A DNA stretch of 64,000 nt from Pseudomonadota bacterium (GTDB lineage Bacteria; Bdellovibrionota_B; Oligoflexia; Silvanigrellales; Silvanigrellaceae): contig JBDLRP010000019.1 of NCBI GenBank assembly GCA_039799905.1, positions 60,830-124,829 on the forward strand. Reading direction: 5' to 3'. Under the pieces are notes generated by a model that was not told the origin of the DNA, ran no database searches, and was given only the letters and a program-made list of their open reading frames with translations. Position 1 is the first letter of the stretch, and each line of letters opens with the position of its first letter. A program made the position numbers and the translations under genes. Shown here in pieces: positions 9,516-23,000 of the stretch.

Positions 9516-11081
9516 TTAGTGTTCTCCGTAAAAGAGAATACGGATGCCATCAGCCGTCTTTTCGACAATGCTTGTCGAACGGTTTGAGCGCGAGTATCCA
9601 GCCGCACAGTCGCCGGACTCAGAACCCAGACCTGTGTACCATCCTCCGTCCTGACCACGTCCACGCCAATGTGTCAGCTTACAGGTTGCCGTGGTTTTGC
9701 CTGGTACGGGTTGAGAAACAAATAAATCGGTTCCGAGCTGAACAATGCGGGCAGAATTTGGCGCTACAAATGCCGTTCGGGGGCCACTTTCCTGGATGAC
9801 GTTCATCGAACCCTGCGCATCCTGCAGTGCAAAGGTCGAGTCGTCAGCCCAAATTCTCGCTGACTTTGCCTGTTTGAGCGTGCCCTCATCATTTACACTC
9901 CGAACTGTAACAAAACGTTCCGAATCTTCCTCTACGGAGCTGAGAGTTATTTTGCTGTCACTCACAAAACTCACTATGGTCTTGGCAATGCCGCTTGCAT
10001 TGCTCCATGCAACCGACGAAGCAACGGCGTTGTTCGGGTATCTGCGCAATTCAAGTGATTTTCCTAACGACGACATGCGTGCGGCATTGTTCCAAGAAAG
10101 AAAACCATGATTCCACCAGATGCCGGCTAGATTGATGTCCAGAACACGCAAGTTCTGCGTTCCATCCGGCTGCAGAATATTCTCTCCCGCAGAGCTCCAT
10201 TCATTACGAGCAAAGACACTCGACAGTGCGAAGTCGGGCTTAGAGAACATCTGCCTTGTATAGGCAAAAGCTTGTCCTGATCTGAAGTCGAGCATCAGTG
10301 CGGCACCACTGCGGTTCTTGAAAAGCATCCGGCCGAATTCATCGGCCTCAAAGCTGCTGAATACGCCCGATCGCGCAATCGGCCAAGAAGCCCGGTTCCA
10401 GAGTGTTTTTCGTGCGGCATCCACCCACAACAGTTCGCTGTCGGTTTGAATCACAAGCAACTGCTTGGGCAGCTCTGTACGATTGCCGGCATTGAGTGAT
10501 TTGGAACGGATGGCCCACGCTGGCCAACTCAGGCGGCAGATGTCCTGCTTGCCGGATGCCGTGGCAATGGTTTTTTGCAATTGCGATGCAAAGAGCGTGT
10601 AGTCGCCCATGTTTCCGCGCAGGTAAACCGTGTTCGGATCGGCGTCTTTTTCGGTAGGCAGCGTGACCACTGCCTTGCAGACGCTGCCGTGGCATTCATC
10701 AAAGCTCACTCCCGCTTTTTCTGTGCATTGCGCACGCAACCATACACTTTCAGCACCGTTTGCATGCAGACGAACGCCGCTGAGCTTGGGAAGCTTTGGG
10801 TCATCCCACGCTTCGGGCTGTTGCGACACGGGTGTTTCGTTGTTTTGAATATAGAATCCTGTGCGGATGTGGTCCGGATGAATCGACATCATGTGCAGTT
10901 GCTGCTTGGAGACCTGCAGTGCACTGCGGAACGAGGTGTCGCTGCCGGCTGCGTGATGCTGGGTCGCAACAAGCGCGATGAGTAAAAGCGTTCTGGCTTT
11001 GCACGCGAGGGGTGGCCGGCTCCGAGAGCTGGTATTAAAAAGGTATGTATGAGTGAAAGTGTGTGTCATACTGGGCCTCAA
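9516..11081 (-). CDS. secreted hypothetical protein, last gene of the giant-protein operon
   Basis: Start overlaps the giant gene stop (TTG 11081, or ATG 11069); hydrophobic signal-like segment; beta-rich with several Cys. Confidence 0.7.
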   Translation of the reverse strand: MRPSMTHTFTHTYLFNTSSRSRPPLACKARTLLLIALVATQHHAAGSDTSFRSALQVSKQQLHMMSIHPDHIRTGFYIQNNETPVSQQPEAWDDPKLPKLSGVRLHANGAESVWLRAQCTEKAGVSFDECHGSVCKAVVTLPTEKDADPNTVYLRGNMGDYTLFASQLQKTIATASGKQDICRLSWPAWAIRSKSLNAGNRTELPKQLLVIQTDSELLWVDAARKTLWNRASWPIARSGVFSSFEADEFGRMLFKNRSGAALMLDFRSGQAFAYTRQMFSKPDFALSSVFARNEWSSAGENILQPDGTQNLRVLDINLAGIWWNHGFLSWNNAARMSSLGKSLELRRYPNNAVASSVAWSNASGIAKTIVSFVSDSKITLSSVEEDSERFVTVRSVNDEGTLKQAKSARIWADDSTFALQDAQGSMNVIQESGPRTAFVAPNSARIVQLGTDLFVSQPVPGKTTATCKLTHWRGRGQDGGWYTGLGSESGDCAAGYSRSNRSTSIVEKTADGIRILFYGEH

Positions 11082-14000
11082 TCAGGGTCATCGGGGGTCA
11101 TAAAATAATAAGGATTACCGGCGGAGTCTTTGAGCCACCAAACTCCGCGCAGATTTTTACCTTTTGTATGGTCGATCTCGACATCAATTTTGCAGGAACT
11201 ATTATCCGAAACGTTAGTTTTGTTCATGCAGCGGTCCGTATTCGTCGAGGTCGTCGTGACAAAGAAGAAAGCATTCTGCATTGGGTGGGCGTTGTATCTC
11301 CGCGGTTTGATGAATGTATCATTCGCAGGAACAGAGGGGTCTGCCAGCAGAGGAAAGGTTGTAAAGGTTGTATCGAGAGTCTCTACAGAGGCTTTTGCAG
11401 TTTCACACTTGCCCGTTGCGCAGTCTGCCCAGGTAAAACCACCGTGGGTGTAGTAAAAAATTCGTCTGTCAGTCGCCACCGTTGGGACAGTTGTGTCCTC
11501 AGCTTGCTCCGCTTTTGTGAGATTTGCACCTGCATCGGCAGCTGTTTCTTGTGGCGCGGTTGTCACTGGTGCTGTAATTGAATCCGACTTTCTCAATGGG
11601 ACTCGCAGCACGGGCGAATCTGCAACTAGAACTTTGTTGTTCGATGAAGTGAACCGTAATTTAAACTTACTCGTCATTTTTCCGGCAACGCCCTCAACGA
11701 TAAACTGCGCGAAGTTGTTGTTTAAGATGTCTGCCGTCATACTGGGCTTGTGAATCAATTCGGGGTGGGCTTCGGTTGAGTCCAGTGTCTGCGCAGGTGT
11801 AAACGCCTCAGCACTGCTCAGCGTAACACCTGTTTCATTCTTAAATTGACAGAGCGATTCCGCCGCTCTTGTGGACGTATACATCCATGGAGTGCATTCC
11901 ACGGTAGGAGCGGTGAGTGTCACCGGTGCTGTAATTTGCACAACGCTGCCGCCCAAATGGCTGGCAGAGTCCGGCTTGCAGCTGACATCGCCTCTCAGGT
12001 ACTTGTTTGCAGGCGCAGTCACAGCAAATCCATTTCCAGATGCCGCAAAGACGGCACTGCCGCTTGATCCCGTGGTAGCAGCTGCCACGGTAACGCCTGT
12101 GTCTACGTTGGTGAATGTTGCGCTTGCACCACCTGCTCCGCACGACTTTGTATTCGTGCCGGCGGCAATAAAGTTTCCGGCTTTATCATAATGCCAAGCA
12201 AACAAAGCTCCACAACCCGTTCCGGCAGCCGTTCCTGCTGCGTTGGCCGCACAGGTTCGGGTGAATGAGCACTCGCGGGTTGTCTGGATGTTGTCTCCTG
12301 CAGATACACAGTTGAATACCGAAGGCTGCACATCGTCTGTCGTAAGCAAGGTGCGGCGCACAGCTCCGGCGGTGATCGTCAGATCCTCAGTCACACTGAC
12401 ACCGCATTTTGAGAACGTCAGATTGTGTGTGCCGGCCTTGTAAATCTTGAGAGCCGCATTGCTTGGGTTGCTGTTCGTATTGGTGATCGCAATATTGTCT
12501 GCATAGGCACCTTGATCGTTTCCTGTTACATTGACGGTACTGCAGTTGCCACCGCTCTTGGGAGTGGTTGTACCATTATCAAATTCGTCTTTCGCCGTGA
12601 TGGTTGTTGCAATGCTGGAGGTTGCGGTTGGATAAAGGGCATCCACGGTTCCTCCGGTCAATCCGCCAATCACAAGTTTTGCCGCAGGGCCCGCACTCAC
12701 ACTGGTAATTGTCACTGATGCAGATTTTCCGCGCACGGATGCTGTGAGAGTCCTATCAGTGTTGTGGACTTTTTTGAAGTTGAAAAGCGCATTGGGCGAG
12801 CATTCACCGCTGGTTGAGAATGTGCAGCTCACTGAACCTGTGTGAATGCAGCTGTTAGTTGGAAGATCAGGATCGGCACAGACCAGGTTGGGTTGGCCGG
12901 ATGTGCTGAACGTCACTGTTTGTGCAGTCGCATTGAGTCCAGGCATCGGTACAAGCGAGGTGTCTTTTTGACTTTGAAGTGTCAGTTTTGAAATCTGAAA
13001 GTTTCCGAATCCAGCAACAAGCGTTGTGGTTGCAGGCGCGGAAGCAATGCTCAGAGTGTGGGGTCCGCCAAACAGGCGGATTGAATTTGACGTGAACGTA
13101 TCTGAACCAACAGTCTTCTGACAAGAGATGAGTTCGTTTATGTGGGGAGTTGTGCTGTCGGATGCTCTTGTGCGTGTTTGAACGCCGGCGTTCGCGCCCT
13201 CAAGAGTTCCCCCAACTTTCCAGTCGCAGGTGTGTGTTGATGCTGCGGATGCAAGTTTGTTTCCAAATGCATCGTAGTGATACGAGAACAAATCAGGGCA
13301 GCTGACACCGTCGTTCCCGCCATTCAGAGTGGCGCACGCTACCTCACCATTTGCCGCACTGAAGTTGGGTGCGGTTGTCTCGGAGCTGATGACAATTCTT
13401 CCCAACGTTGTGTTCGACTGAACTGTGAGCGGGATCTGCACGCTCAAGCCGCAACCGTTCGCTGTCACAGGAATACTGTGATTACCGGCCGCTTTGATTA
13501 TTAAACTGTCAATCGGGATCGTGACGTTGGTAGCCGCATCGAAGGAACCAAACGTAAATACTGATGTGTCACCAGCAGGTGAAGTGGGCAAGGCACCCGC
13601 AGTGAAACCAGTGCAGGAGCGGAGGCTATCATTGCCAAAGGTGTCGAAACCCCTCACCGAAACAAGTGTTTTCAATTCAGAGCCCGCGTTCTGGAGGGAT
13701 GTTGGGGCAGTGACTACCAAAGACGCGGCGTTTGCCGAATTCACAATCATGCTGAGCGTGTTCGATGTGATTCCACGAATTCGAACTGCAACGTCATTGC
13801 TGCCGCTCGCTCCGCTGCGGGTCAGGCTGAGTTTCTGATTTGCCGCTATGCCAGACAAAAGCGAGACGGCGCTGTTGTCGCATTTGCCATCTGCAAATGT
13901 GCAGGATGGAGTGTTTGGGACGACATTGTTCGGGGTTCCAAACATCGCTTTTTGCGCCGTGGTGACGAACTCGATAGGTTCCGTGGCGAAATCATAATCG

Positions 14001-17000
14001 TCTCTGATTGTCGCGTCGGTTGATACGTCCACTTCAGTATTATTTTGTCTCGTAAATAGCGATATTTTCCTGATTCCAACATTGTCATTGCCCGCGACAA
14101 CAGGATTGGAAGCAGCGCTAAGTATGCCGTTAATTGCGGTGGTCGATGTTCCTCGCAATTCAAGAGCAACCCTCGAAATTCCACCCTGCACGGGAATTGC
14201 AGTCGACAGATTCGAGGCGCCAGTCTGCGCAACGCCGTTGACTGTGCGTTGGCATTGTAAATTACCATCCAAGAATTTTGAGTGTGTGAGTGTGATGCTC
14301 CGACCCAGTGGTAATGAGGCCGCTGCGGGACCGTTCGATGTTCCAATCGGTGTGTAGATCCATTTGCATGAATTATTTTGCACGTTATTTAGTAGGTTGC
14401 CCTGGTTGTCGCGGAAGTAGGCATAAATCGAATCACAGGTCACGCCGCTTCCCGATTCAGCCGTATGCTTACAGTTAATTTTAGCTGGCTGAGTTGTCGA
14501 CTGCACTGTGGCATCATCAACAATGTTGCTGTTCAGGAATTTGAAGTCGCTGAAGACTCCATTGGTTGTTTTGATGGTATGAGTAAATGAGAAATTACCG
14601 CACGCAGCTGGAGCTGCAAACGTCAAAGTCAAACCAGTCGAGTTTGCATTCCGCAAAGCCGTAGAATTGAGTGCATAGGTTCCCTTGCTGGTGTCGGCAA
14701 CGCTAATCGCAGTTCCTTTGTTGGCGGCTGTGAGAGTTGTTCCATGGATTGTGGGTGCTGTGCCAATGGCCGATTTGTGGTTGTCGAACAGGTCAGTCAA
14801 TTGAGTTGCAGAGATGGTCAAGTCTTCGCTGCACGACGGATTATCAAAGGCATCGGTCAGATTGAATGTGCCGCTGATTGTAGCATCTGCTGCGACGGTG
14901 TCAGGAACTGTTCGCGAAATGACCTTCGTCGGATTACCTTCCGCAACAATAATATTGTTGCGTACGTTGGCATTTGCTCCGGTGATATTGCTCACACCGT
15001 GCACGTTGATTGTCAGCGCGCGGGCCGTCGCGTCGGCCCGGACGAAGCTGAAGTTGAACGTCGTAGCACAGGCACCTGTTGCGCTGAAGTTACAGTCGGT
15101 GGCGGGAGTTGATGTGAACAGAGTGCCGTCCAAGCCCGCACTTGCAGTTGTCGAGAAACTGATCGGCAACGTGCCCGCATATTCGGCATTGATGACAGTG
15201 TTGTTCTTGCGTCCCTTCAGCTGCAATCCGCTCACTGCGAAATTGCTTGTGCCTGCTGTGATATTACCGCTGGCAGGAAGGGTCGCATCAACACTTTGCA
15301 CACCACCAAAGAGCACAACACCAACTGTTCCTTCTTCTGTTGCTCCACCCGCCTTCACGCAGGTGAGTCTTGCATCGAGTGCGCTATTTGCTGAAACGCT
15401 GATGCTGGGAGAGGGTTGGTTGTCCAGCGCTGGAACCGTCAGAGCAGGAGAGCTCACCGCAAGATTTGTGAGTGCCCATGAATCACAGGTATCTCCTGCA
15501 CGGTGATTGCCAAATTGGTCGAAGAACCATGCGCGGATTGTGTCGCAACTTGTTCCTCCGCCCGAGAGCAACGAACACTTATCCTCGTCCACGTTCGTCT
15601 TGGAGGCCGTCGTCGATTTGTTGAGAAAGAACTTGTGAGCAGCACCGGCAGAAATATTCAAGTTGAGGAGGTGGCTGACCCCGCATGTGTTGATAGTCAG
15701 GGTATTCGCTCCCGGACCTGTGAGTTTCATGTCAGTGAGTTTGTAAACCAAGGCCGTAGCATCAAACGAGTTCAGAGCCGGACCCGTGAACTTCGTTGCG
15801 TTGTCGTTGTTTCCGTTCGCCAAGACGGTTGTTTGAGCGATTGTAGAAGAGTTGGTGGTCGCACAGGTGTTGCCGTTGTCAGCCCTCTTGTCGGTCTTAT
15901 TTCCGAATTGGTCCAATAGATCGATGTGAAGATTGAAAGTTTGATCGGCTTGTCTGTCCGCATTCGTTTGGTTGATTGATGGATTGGAATCAATAATTGC
16001 GTCTCCGGCAACGTTGACGAGTTTGAATGTCGTTGTGGTTGCAGATGCATTTGCCGGGTTGACGTTAAAGTTGCCCGAGTTGATGCTCTTGCCTCGGACA
16101 AATGCTGTGAACGAGACTCCTGTTTCCTTGCGGGTGAAGTGCAGCGACAGCGCCGTCGTCGGGTTTGGTGATGTTCCGCTGGTGCAAACACCATCCACAA
16201 AATTGCAAGTCCATGCAGGGTTGACCACCTCATTTGGATTTCCGGTGACGGCCTTCTGCGCAGTCGTTTGAAGTGTGACCGACTCCTGGTTGAGGTCTTC
16301 TTCAATGGCTGGAAATGTCAGAACCCCAGAGTTATCATAGCTGGGACCCTTGAGAGTGAGTGAGGTGAGACTGAACGCAGCGCCTGCGACGACGTTTGTC
16401 GTGCTGGAGTGCGCCATTGCTAGACTCTCTATGCCGCCGAAGAAATGAATCGAATGACTCTTGTCGTCGTCGTTGTCTACAACGCATTTAACCCTGCCAT
16501 CAATCCAGTCGGAGCTTGTGAGTCTCGTGGAGCTTGTTGTTCCTGTATTTGTGAGTGTTGCGGCAGCTTCGTTGGAGGTCGGGGTTGTTCCACCGGTTTT
16601 TGTGTATGTCCACGATGTGCAGTTCTGTCCGTCTCGTACGTTTCCGAATGAGTCGTAAATGAATGCATTGAGTGTGTTGCAGACGACTCCCGAGCCAGAG
16701 CCAGCGAGAGCGCAGCGCTCGCGCAATATATCATTCGAGGTGTTGCCGCTTGGTGCAGCGTTGCCCGTTGTCACGCGCGCAAATGCACGCTCGGCCTTGG
16801 GAACGATACGCAGCTTGTACACCGTTGTTCGTCCGCAGGCTGTGAAGGTTAGGTCGGTGGTTGTTGCCTTGCGGATGAGAAGGTCTTCAACCTCAAATTC
16901 ACCAATTGTACCTGCTTTTGCCGCAAAGATATGGTCTGCATCTATCAGTGTAGACGCAGCGCTGTCCACCGGCGCATTTAGGTTTGCGGAAGATGCTATT

Positions 17001-20000
17001 GTCATTCCGGCTTGAGTAGCAACACAACCCACGGCTGTTCTGTTATCGAACTGGTCGAATGCGTTGATGGTTGCACCAAAGGCATCGCCCGCGCTCAGTG
17101 GTGTTGTTTCGTTTTTCAGATTTGCGTCTGTGTTGGCGGTTGTCCAGACCCGAGCCGCGATGCGGCTTGCCGTGGTCGGTGCGACGTTGAACACTGCCGG
17201 CGAAAACACTTTTCCACGAACAAAGACGCTGAACGTGATGCCGTCCTGAGCCTTAGAAAAATTGAGGTTGAGTGCATCGGCTATACTGGGTGCGGGATCG
17301 CCGTCGCACACGCCGGCAACAAAATTACAGGTCCAAGCCGGCTTAACGACTTCGGCAGGGTTTCCAGCCGATGCCTTCACAGCTGTCGTTTGCAACGATA
17401 CAGGTTCGGCATTGAGGTTATCTGGAAGGGCAGCCATGCTGAAGACGTCAGCTGTGTAGGTCGGCCCGGTGAGTTGCACCGAGTTCAACGCAAAAGCCGA
17501 TCCTGCGGTCACGGCTGCAGTGCTCGTATGGGTTACGTCAAGCTTGGTTATTCCGCCAAAGAACTGAATTGAGTGAGTGATGGCTCCGTTTGCGCATGTG
17601 ACTGTGCCGTCCATCCAATCGGTGCTTGTGATTCGGGTTGTGCGCGCGCCTCCAGTGCTGCTTCGTGTTACCTTGTTTCCATCTGACTCAAACAGAGTTC
17701 CCGAATGTGTCGTTCCTGTTGTCGCCGCATAAGTCCACGTCGTGCAAGTGTCTCCTTCGCGCAAGTTTCCGAAGACGTCATACATGAAGGCATTCAGTGG
17801 TTCGCAGGTGACACCCGCTCCCGATGCAGCCAATGGGCATCTTTGTTTGAGTGTCGCGGCAGCGGTGTTTGCCGCCGGTGCTGCTTCGGCCGTGCTCACA
17901 CGGGTATACGAGTGCGCTGCGGGAACAATCTTAATATCGCGCGTTGTGGTTCGCCCACAGGCTGTGAAGGTGAGTGTTGTTGTTGTGGCCTTCTTGATGT
18001 TCATGTTGTTGTTGACGCTGAACCGTCCGGTAAATCCGGCATCTGCGGCAAAGGCAACACCACCACCGGTCAACTGCGACGCTCCTCCAAGTGGGTCGTT
18101 CAGGTTGACTGAAGATGTGATTGTCATTGCTGCGGCGTTGCAGTTTCCAGATGTATCGTTGCTGAACTGGTCAACAGCGTTCACTGTCGCGCGGAAGCTT
18201 TCTCCTGCGACCAAAGGAGTTGCAACGCTGCGTTGATTCGCTTCGGTCGTCGGATCGGCACCCGTGTAGACCCGTGCGGTAATCGAATCGGCGTTGTTTG
18301 CTACCACGTTGAAGTTGGGTGTTGTGTAGGTCAAACCGCGCACTTTAACAGTCAAGTTCCTTGCTGTTTCAACCTTTGTGAAGCTCGCACTCATCGCGGT
18401 TGTGCACTCGGCCTTGCTGTTTTGCGAAAAGTTGCATGTGACTGCTGCTGACGGGATGACAGCATTCGCATCTGGATCGTTGGCCCGCGTTGCGTTGCTC
18501 GACAGTTCGATGGTTTCATTTGTCAAAACCTGCGGGAGAATGACCGCTGTGTTGTCTCCGGCCGGACCATGCAGCTGAACCGAGGTAATAGAAAAGTTGC
18601 CGTTCAAGGCTGTCAGATTACCTGTCGTGTGGCTTACATTCATGAATGCAATACCGCCATGCATTGGCAATGTTCTGTTAAAGGCGCCGCGCGTGCATTT
18701 CAATGTTCCGTCAATGAAGTTGCTGTGATTGACTCGCACCGATGCCGTGTTTGCTTCCGCGTTGGTGTTTTCGGCTGTGAACGGTGTAGGCACGGTGTAA
18801 GTTCCAGCAGGAATACTCGCGTTGTAGGCTGGGGCATCGCGTAAGTCGAACTGCCAATGGTCGCATGTGTCGCCGATGCGTTGGTTGCCATGCGCATCAA
18901 AGAAGAACGCATTGACGAATTGGCAGGTGGCACCAGTGCCTGTGGCGTTGAGCGGGCAGTTGAGTGAGGTCAGGCTCGCTGCGGGTGCAGCGGCACTGGT
19001 GTGCAGGCGAATCTCATTAAGCACAGCCGGTTGAACGCGGATGGTCAGGTCTGCTGTCAGGCCGCACATCTTATAGCGGAGCGTGTGGTCGCCTGCCTTG
19101 CGGACATTCAGGCCCGTGCTTGTGCCTGGGGTAGATTCGATAACCCAGTGGCCAAGCGCAGTGTTTTGGAAAAGTCGGTCGGCAGTCGTCAAAGTCGAAT
19201 TGGTATTGTCGAGCGTTCCACCCACAACGGTGATGTCATCTGCTGCCGCCGTGCATGCTGTTGAATTGGAGCCATTGATGAAGTCAGTCGGGTTACCAAA
19301 CTCATCCACGACACGGATGTTGGCTCCCACGTTGTCGCTTGCCAGCATCGGATTTGCGACTGTGATGCGGTCGGTGTCGATGGTTCTCCATAGGAACGGA
19401 GAGATCTGGTGTGCACCTGCGGGTGTGACCGTCAGTGCCGGTAAAGCTGCAGTGACGTCGCGATAGCTGACCGTGATGACGCGGTTGGTTTCCGCACGGC
19501 GCAGGCTGAGGTTTGCATTCAGCGCGCAGGCACCACTTGCATTGAACGTACACGAGACTGTGGTGCTGGCAACCATTGGCAGTGTCGCATCGGTCAACGA
19601 TGCTCCGCTGGAGCCACTCGTGGAACCCAGAACAAGATTCTGTGCTCCAAGCCCGCCAATATCGTCCTTGTTCACTTCGCTCTCAACGAGTGAGCTGTCG
19701 ATGTTTGAAGTGTCGCTGAGCGCGACTTTTTTCATACGTGCTTGGATGTCGTTGACGGTCAGGTTGTTGGCTGCAGCTGTTTTGCTTGTGGCAGCAGCCG
19801 TGCCGCCAAAGGTGTGGGTGGCTGTCAGGCTCGTCAGACCACCCGACATCAGTGCAATGCCTTTGCTGCCGCCAGTCGACACACACGCAAGTCTACCGCT
19901 CAGGAAGCTGCCGATTGTGTCGGGTGTTTTGATCGATTGGCTCGTGCCGGTGGCTGCCAACGTGAAGCCGTCGCCATCTGTTTTGCTCGTTGATCCTGAA

Positions 20001-23000
20001 GCTTTGTCAAAGCTCCACGATGTGCATGTTCCCGCCGGATTGACATTGCCGAATTGGTCCCAGAAGAATGCGTTTACCGTGGGGCAATTCACATCCAAGC
20101 GATTTCCGAGTGGACAATTCACCAGCGGTGCAGTGGCAGTCGCCGAAGGCGCTGTGTTGCTTGCAGCAAGCCGCACATGACTTGTCGCTTCGGGCAACAC
20201 GCTGAAGACGAAATTTCGGCTCAATCCGCAGGCATCCACCGTCAGAGTGACGGCCTGCGTTGCTTTGTAGAGTTGGAAGGTTAGATTTGTAAACTGTCCG
20301 GGACTCGCCGCTGTGAACAGACGAGAGTTGTTTGCGTTGAGAGCGCGGGTCGTAAAGTTTGCTGGGATTCCGTTGAAGGGAATATTTGGATTGACCGAGT
20401 CACATGCCTCATTGTTGCACGCCGGCGGCAGTGTCGATGCTGCTGCAGTGATCGTGAGCGTAGTGCACGCCGCGCGGTTGCCGGCGTTGTCGAAAACATC
20501 CACTGAGCTCAATATCACATCACCGCCGGCCGTCGGAGATTGAGTGTTGAAGTTACCGACGACAATATCGGTTGCAACACCTGTCGAAACGCGGATTCCC
20601 CCAATCACCTTGCTGACATTACGTGTGGTGATTGTGAACGAAGTGTCAGTTGCCGGAGTTGTCGGGAAAGTCATGTCGAGATCAATTGCGCTTGAGTTGA
20701 CCCCATTTGCCGCATGATTCACGGTTAGATTTGTCGGCAGAGGATTACTTCCGCCTTGATAGTTGGTTCCCAAGCCAGAAGCATTCAGAGTGTATTCTTC
20801 GCTGCGCTGACGATTGACGGCCTGCAGCTGTCCGCCGCGCCACTGCAAAAGAGCGAGATTGGTAATTGTCAGCGTTGAACCGGCCGTGATAGCGTTTCTG
20901 GTCGCAGGATTGGTGATGGGGTTTGTCGTTACGGTTGTGCCGTCGAAACTGCCCAAATCACCAATGCCGCCAAATAGCTCAACGGTTCTGACAATTGCAT
21001 TGCCTGAAGTTGTGTTTGTTCCAGCAAGCGTGCAGGTCAAATCACGATTTATGAAGCTTGCATTGGTGACTGTTGCAGTTGTGTCGGTCACCGGTACTCC
21101 GGCAGGGGTGCCAGATGCTGCAATCGCAGCAGTTTCTCCCGATGGAATCTTTTGCGCTGCAGTCCAATCGCAGTTACCCGAGTTTCTGCGCCAGCGGTTG
21201 CCGTATTCATCCCACATGAATGCAAAAATAGTCGGGCAGGCAATGTTTGCGTTCAATCCGTCGACCGGCATACATTCCTGAGGAGTTGTCAAAGAAGTCG
21301 ATGGCTCAACAGATGAATTGCTGAGCTGAACCTCATTGGCCTTGAAGTTTTCAATCACGCTGACTACCACGGCTGCCGATTGCACTCCGCAGCCCTCAAA
21401 AAAGATGCTGTTCTCGCTTGCTTGGAAAAAGGTCATGGCCTTTTGAAAAACGCCTATTGATGCAGTTGTGTTCAACGGGTCTCCGGCACTTGCATTGCTG
21501 ATGGCATTTGTGACCGAACCGTTGTGTCCACCAGGTGAGGCGAGGTTTGAGCCATCGGTTGCCTTGACAACCGGAGGCGTCGCACAGCCGTTTGCTGAGA
21601 GATTTCCAAACGCATCGGTTGCGACCACGCGAAGAGTTGTGACAACGCCTGCAACCTGAGCCGGAATATTGTCGGGAGTGAGGGTGCTGACAGCCGCCGG
21701 TACAACATCGTAGCCAGCGGCGTTCGCACCTTTGCGCAGTCCGCTGTTGTTGTCCGTAACAAGCAGTTCACCAACTTCAAAGCGTTGCGACTTGCGCAGG
21801 ACAATTCCATTCTGCACTCCAATTCCGTTGGTGAATGCAAAAGTAGTCGTGAGGGTCGGTGCGCTTGCTCCGGAACCTTGTACTCCCGAAATTGTGTAGC
21901 TTTGAGCCTGCAATGCGGAGTCGAGCGTCGTTCCTGTCGTTACTAGGTTGCCGGCAACGTCGAGGGGTTCAAGTTTCAGACTGATGGCAGTTCCGGCTGT
22001 TGTGTTCGGCCAGGTGTTTGCATCGTTGTTGTCGAGTTTCAACCTGTAGGAGGCGACGGTTTCAATTTGCGGAAGGTAAACCACATCCACACTGGGCTCG
22101 ACGCTCACACCGGCCGGCACACCTGTGACTTTCCACTTCACTTTTTGCCCGACCCTGTAAAATAAATCCTTAAACTCGAATCCGACGCCCGCTTTGAAGG
22201 CCGTGTTGATTGCCGGATCCGCCGGCTCAAGATTCAATGCCGCAGCATTAAAAGTAGCATCGGTAGAGCTGACGGCTTGGGTTGTGGTCAGAGTGTTGTC
22301 GACCGCTTCGGCAGTAAGTGACACGCCGGTATCGCCGGCACGCAGATTGCCGAACGCGTCTAAAGGTTGCACTACAATCCTAAAGAGACCATCCGAGGAG
22401 CGCGCGTTGCGGTTGCTGTTGTTTGCAAGACTGGTGAGTCCCGTTTGGGAATTGTCTGTCGCAAGAAGACGATACTTGTTCAACGTAGCCGGCAACACCC
22501 GCAGAGTGTTCCCTGCTGCGGGATGAATTGTAACGGCTTTGCTTTGCGTCGCATTGTTTATGCTGAGTGTGTCGCGATAGTTGTTGCGTGCTTCAAAGAA
22601 GGTGACTTTCACAAGTGCAACACCGTCGATGAATGTGCCGTGGGTGGCACTGTTAAATTTGACCGTTGTATTGGTTTGCCCGCTAATCTGCGTGGGTTGT
22701 CGTGCAGTGCCATCGGCACCGGTGAGCGATCCGATTCCAGCCCAAGTATAGTCGTCATTGCGGAGAATGTTGTCGATTCCACGCACCGGATTGCCGTAGT
22801 TGTCGACTGCCTCAAAGCGAAGAGTTGTTTCGCTGCCCGCGAATACATCTGTGACTCCCGCGGGAATGGCAAGACGGAAATCAGCGACCGAAAACAAACC
22901 TGCTTCGAAATTGATGAGTGGCGCTGCGGCGATGGTGCTCATGCCGGCATCCGAAGGTCCGAATGCAACCACACGGAACTGACCCGGTTCGTCATAGAAG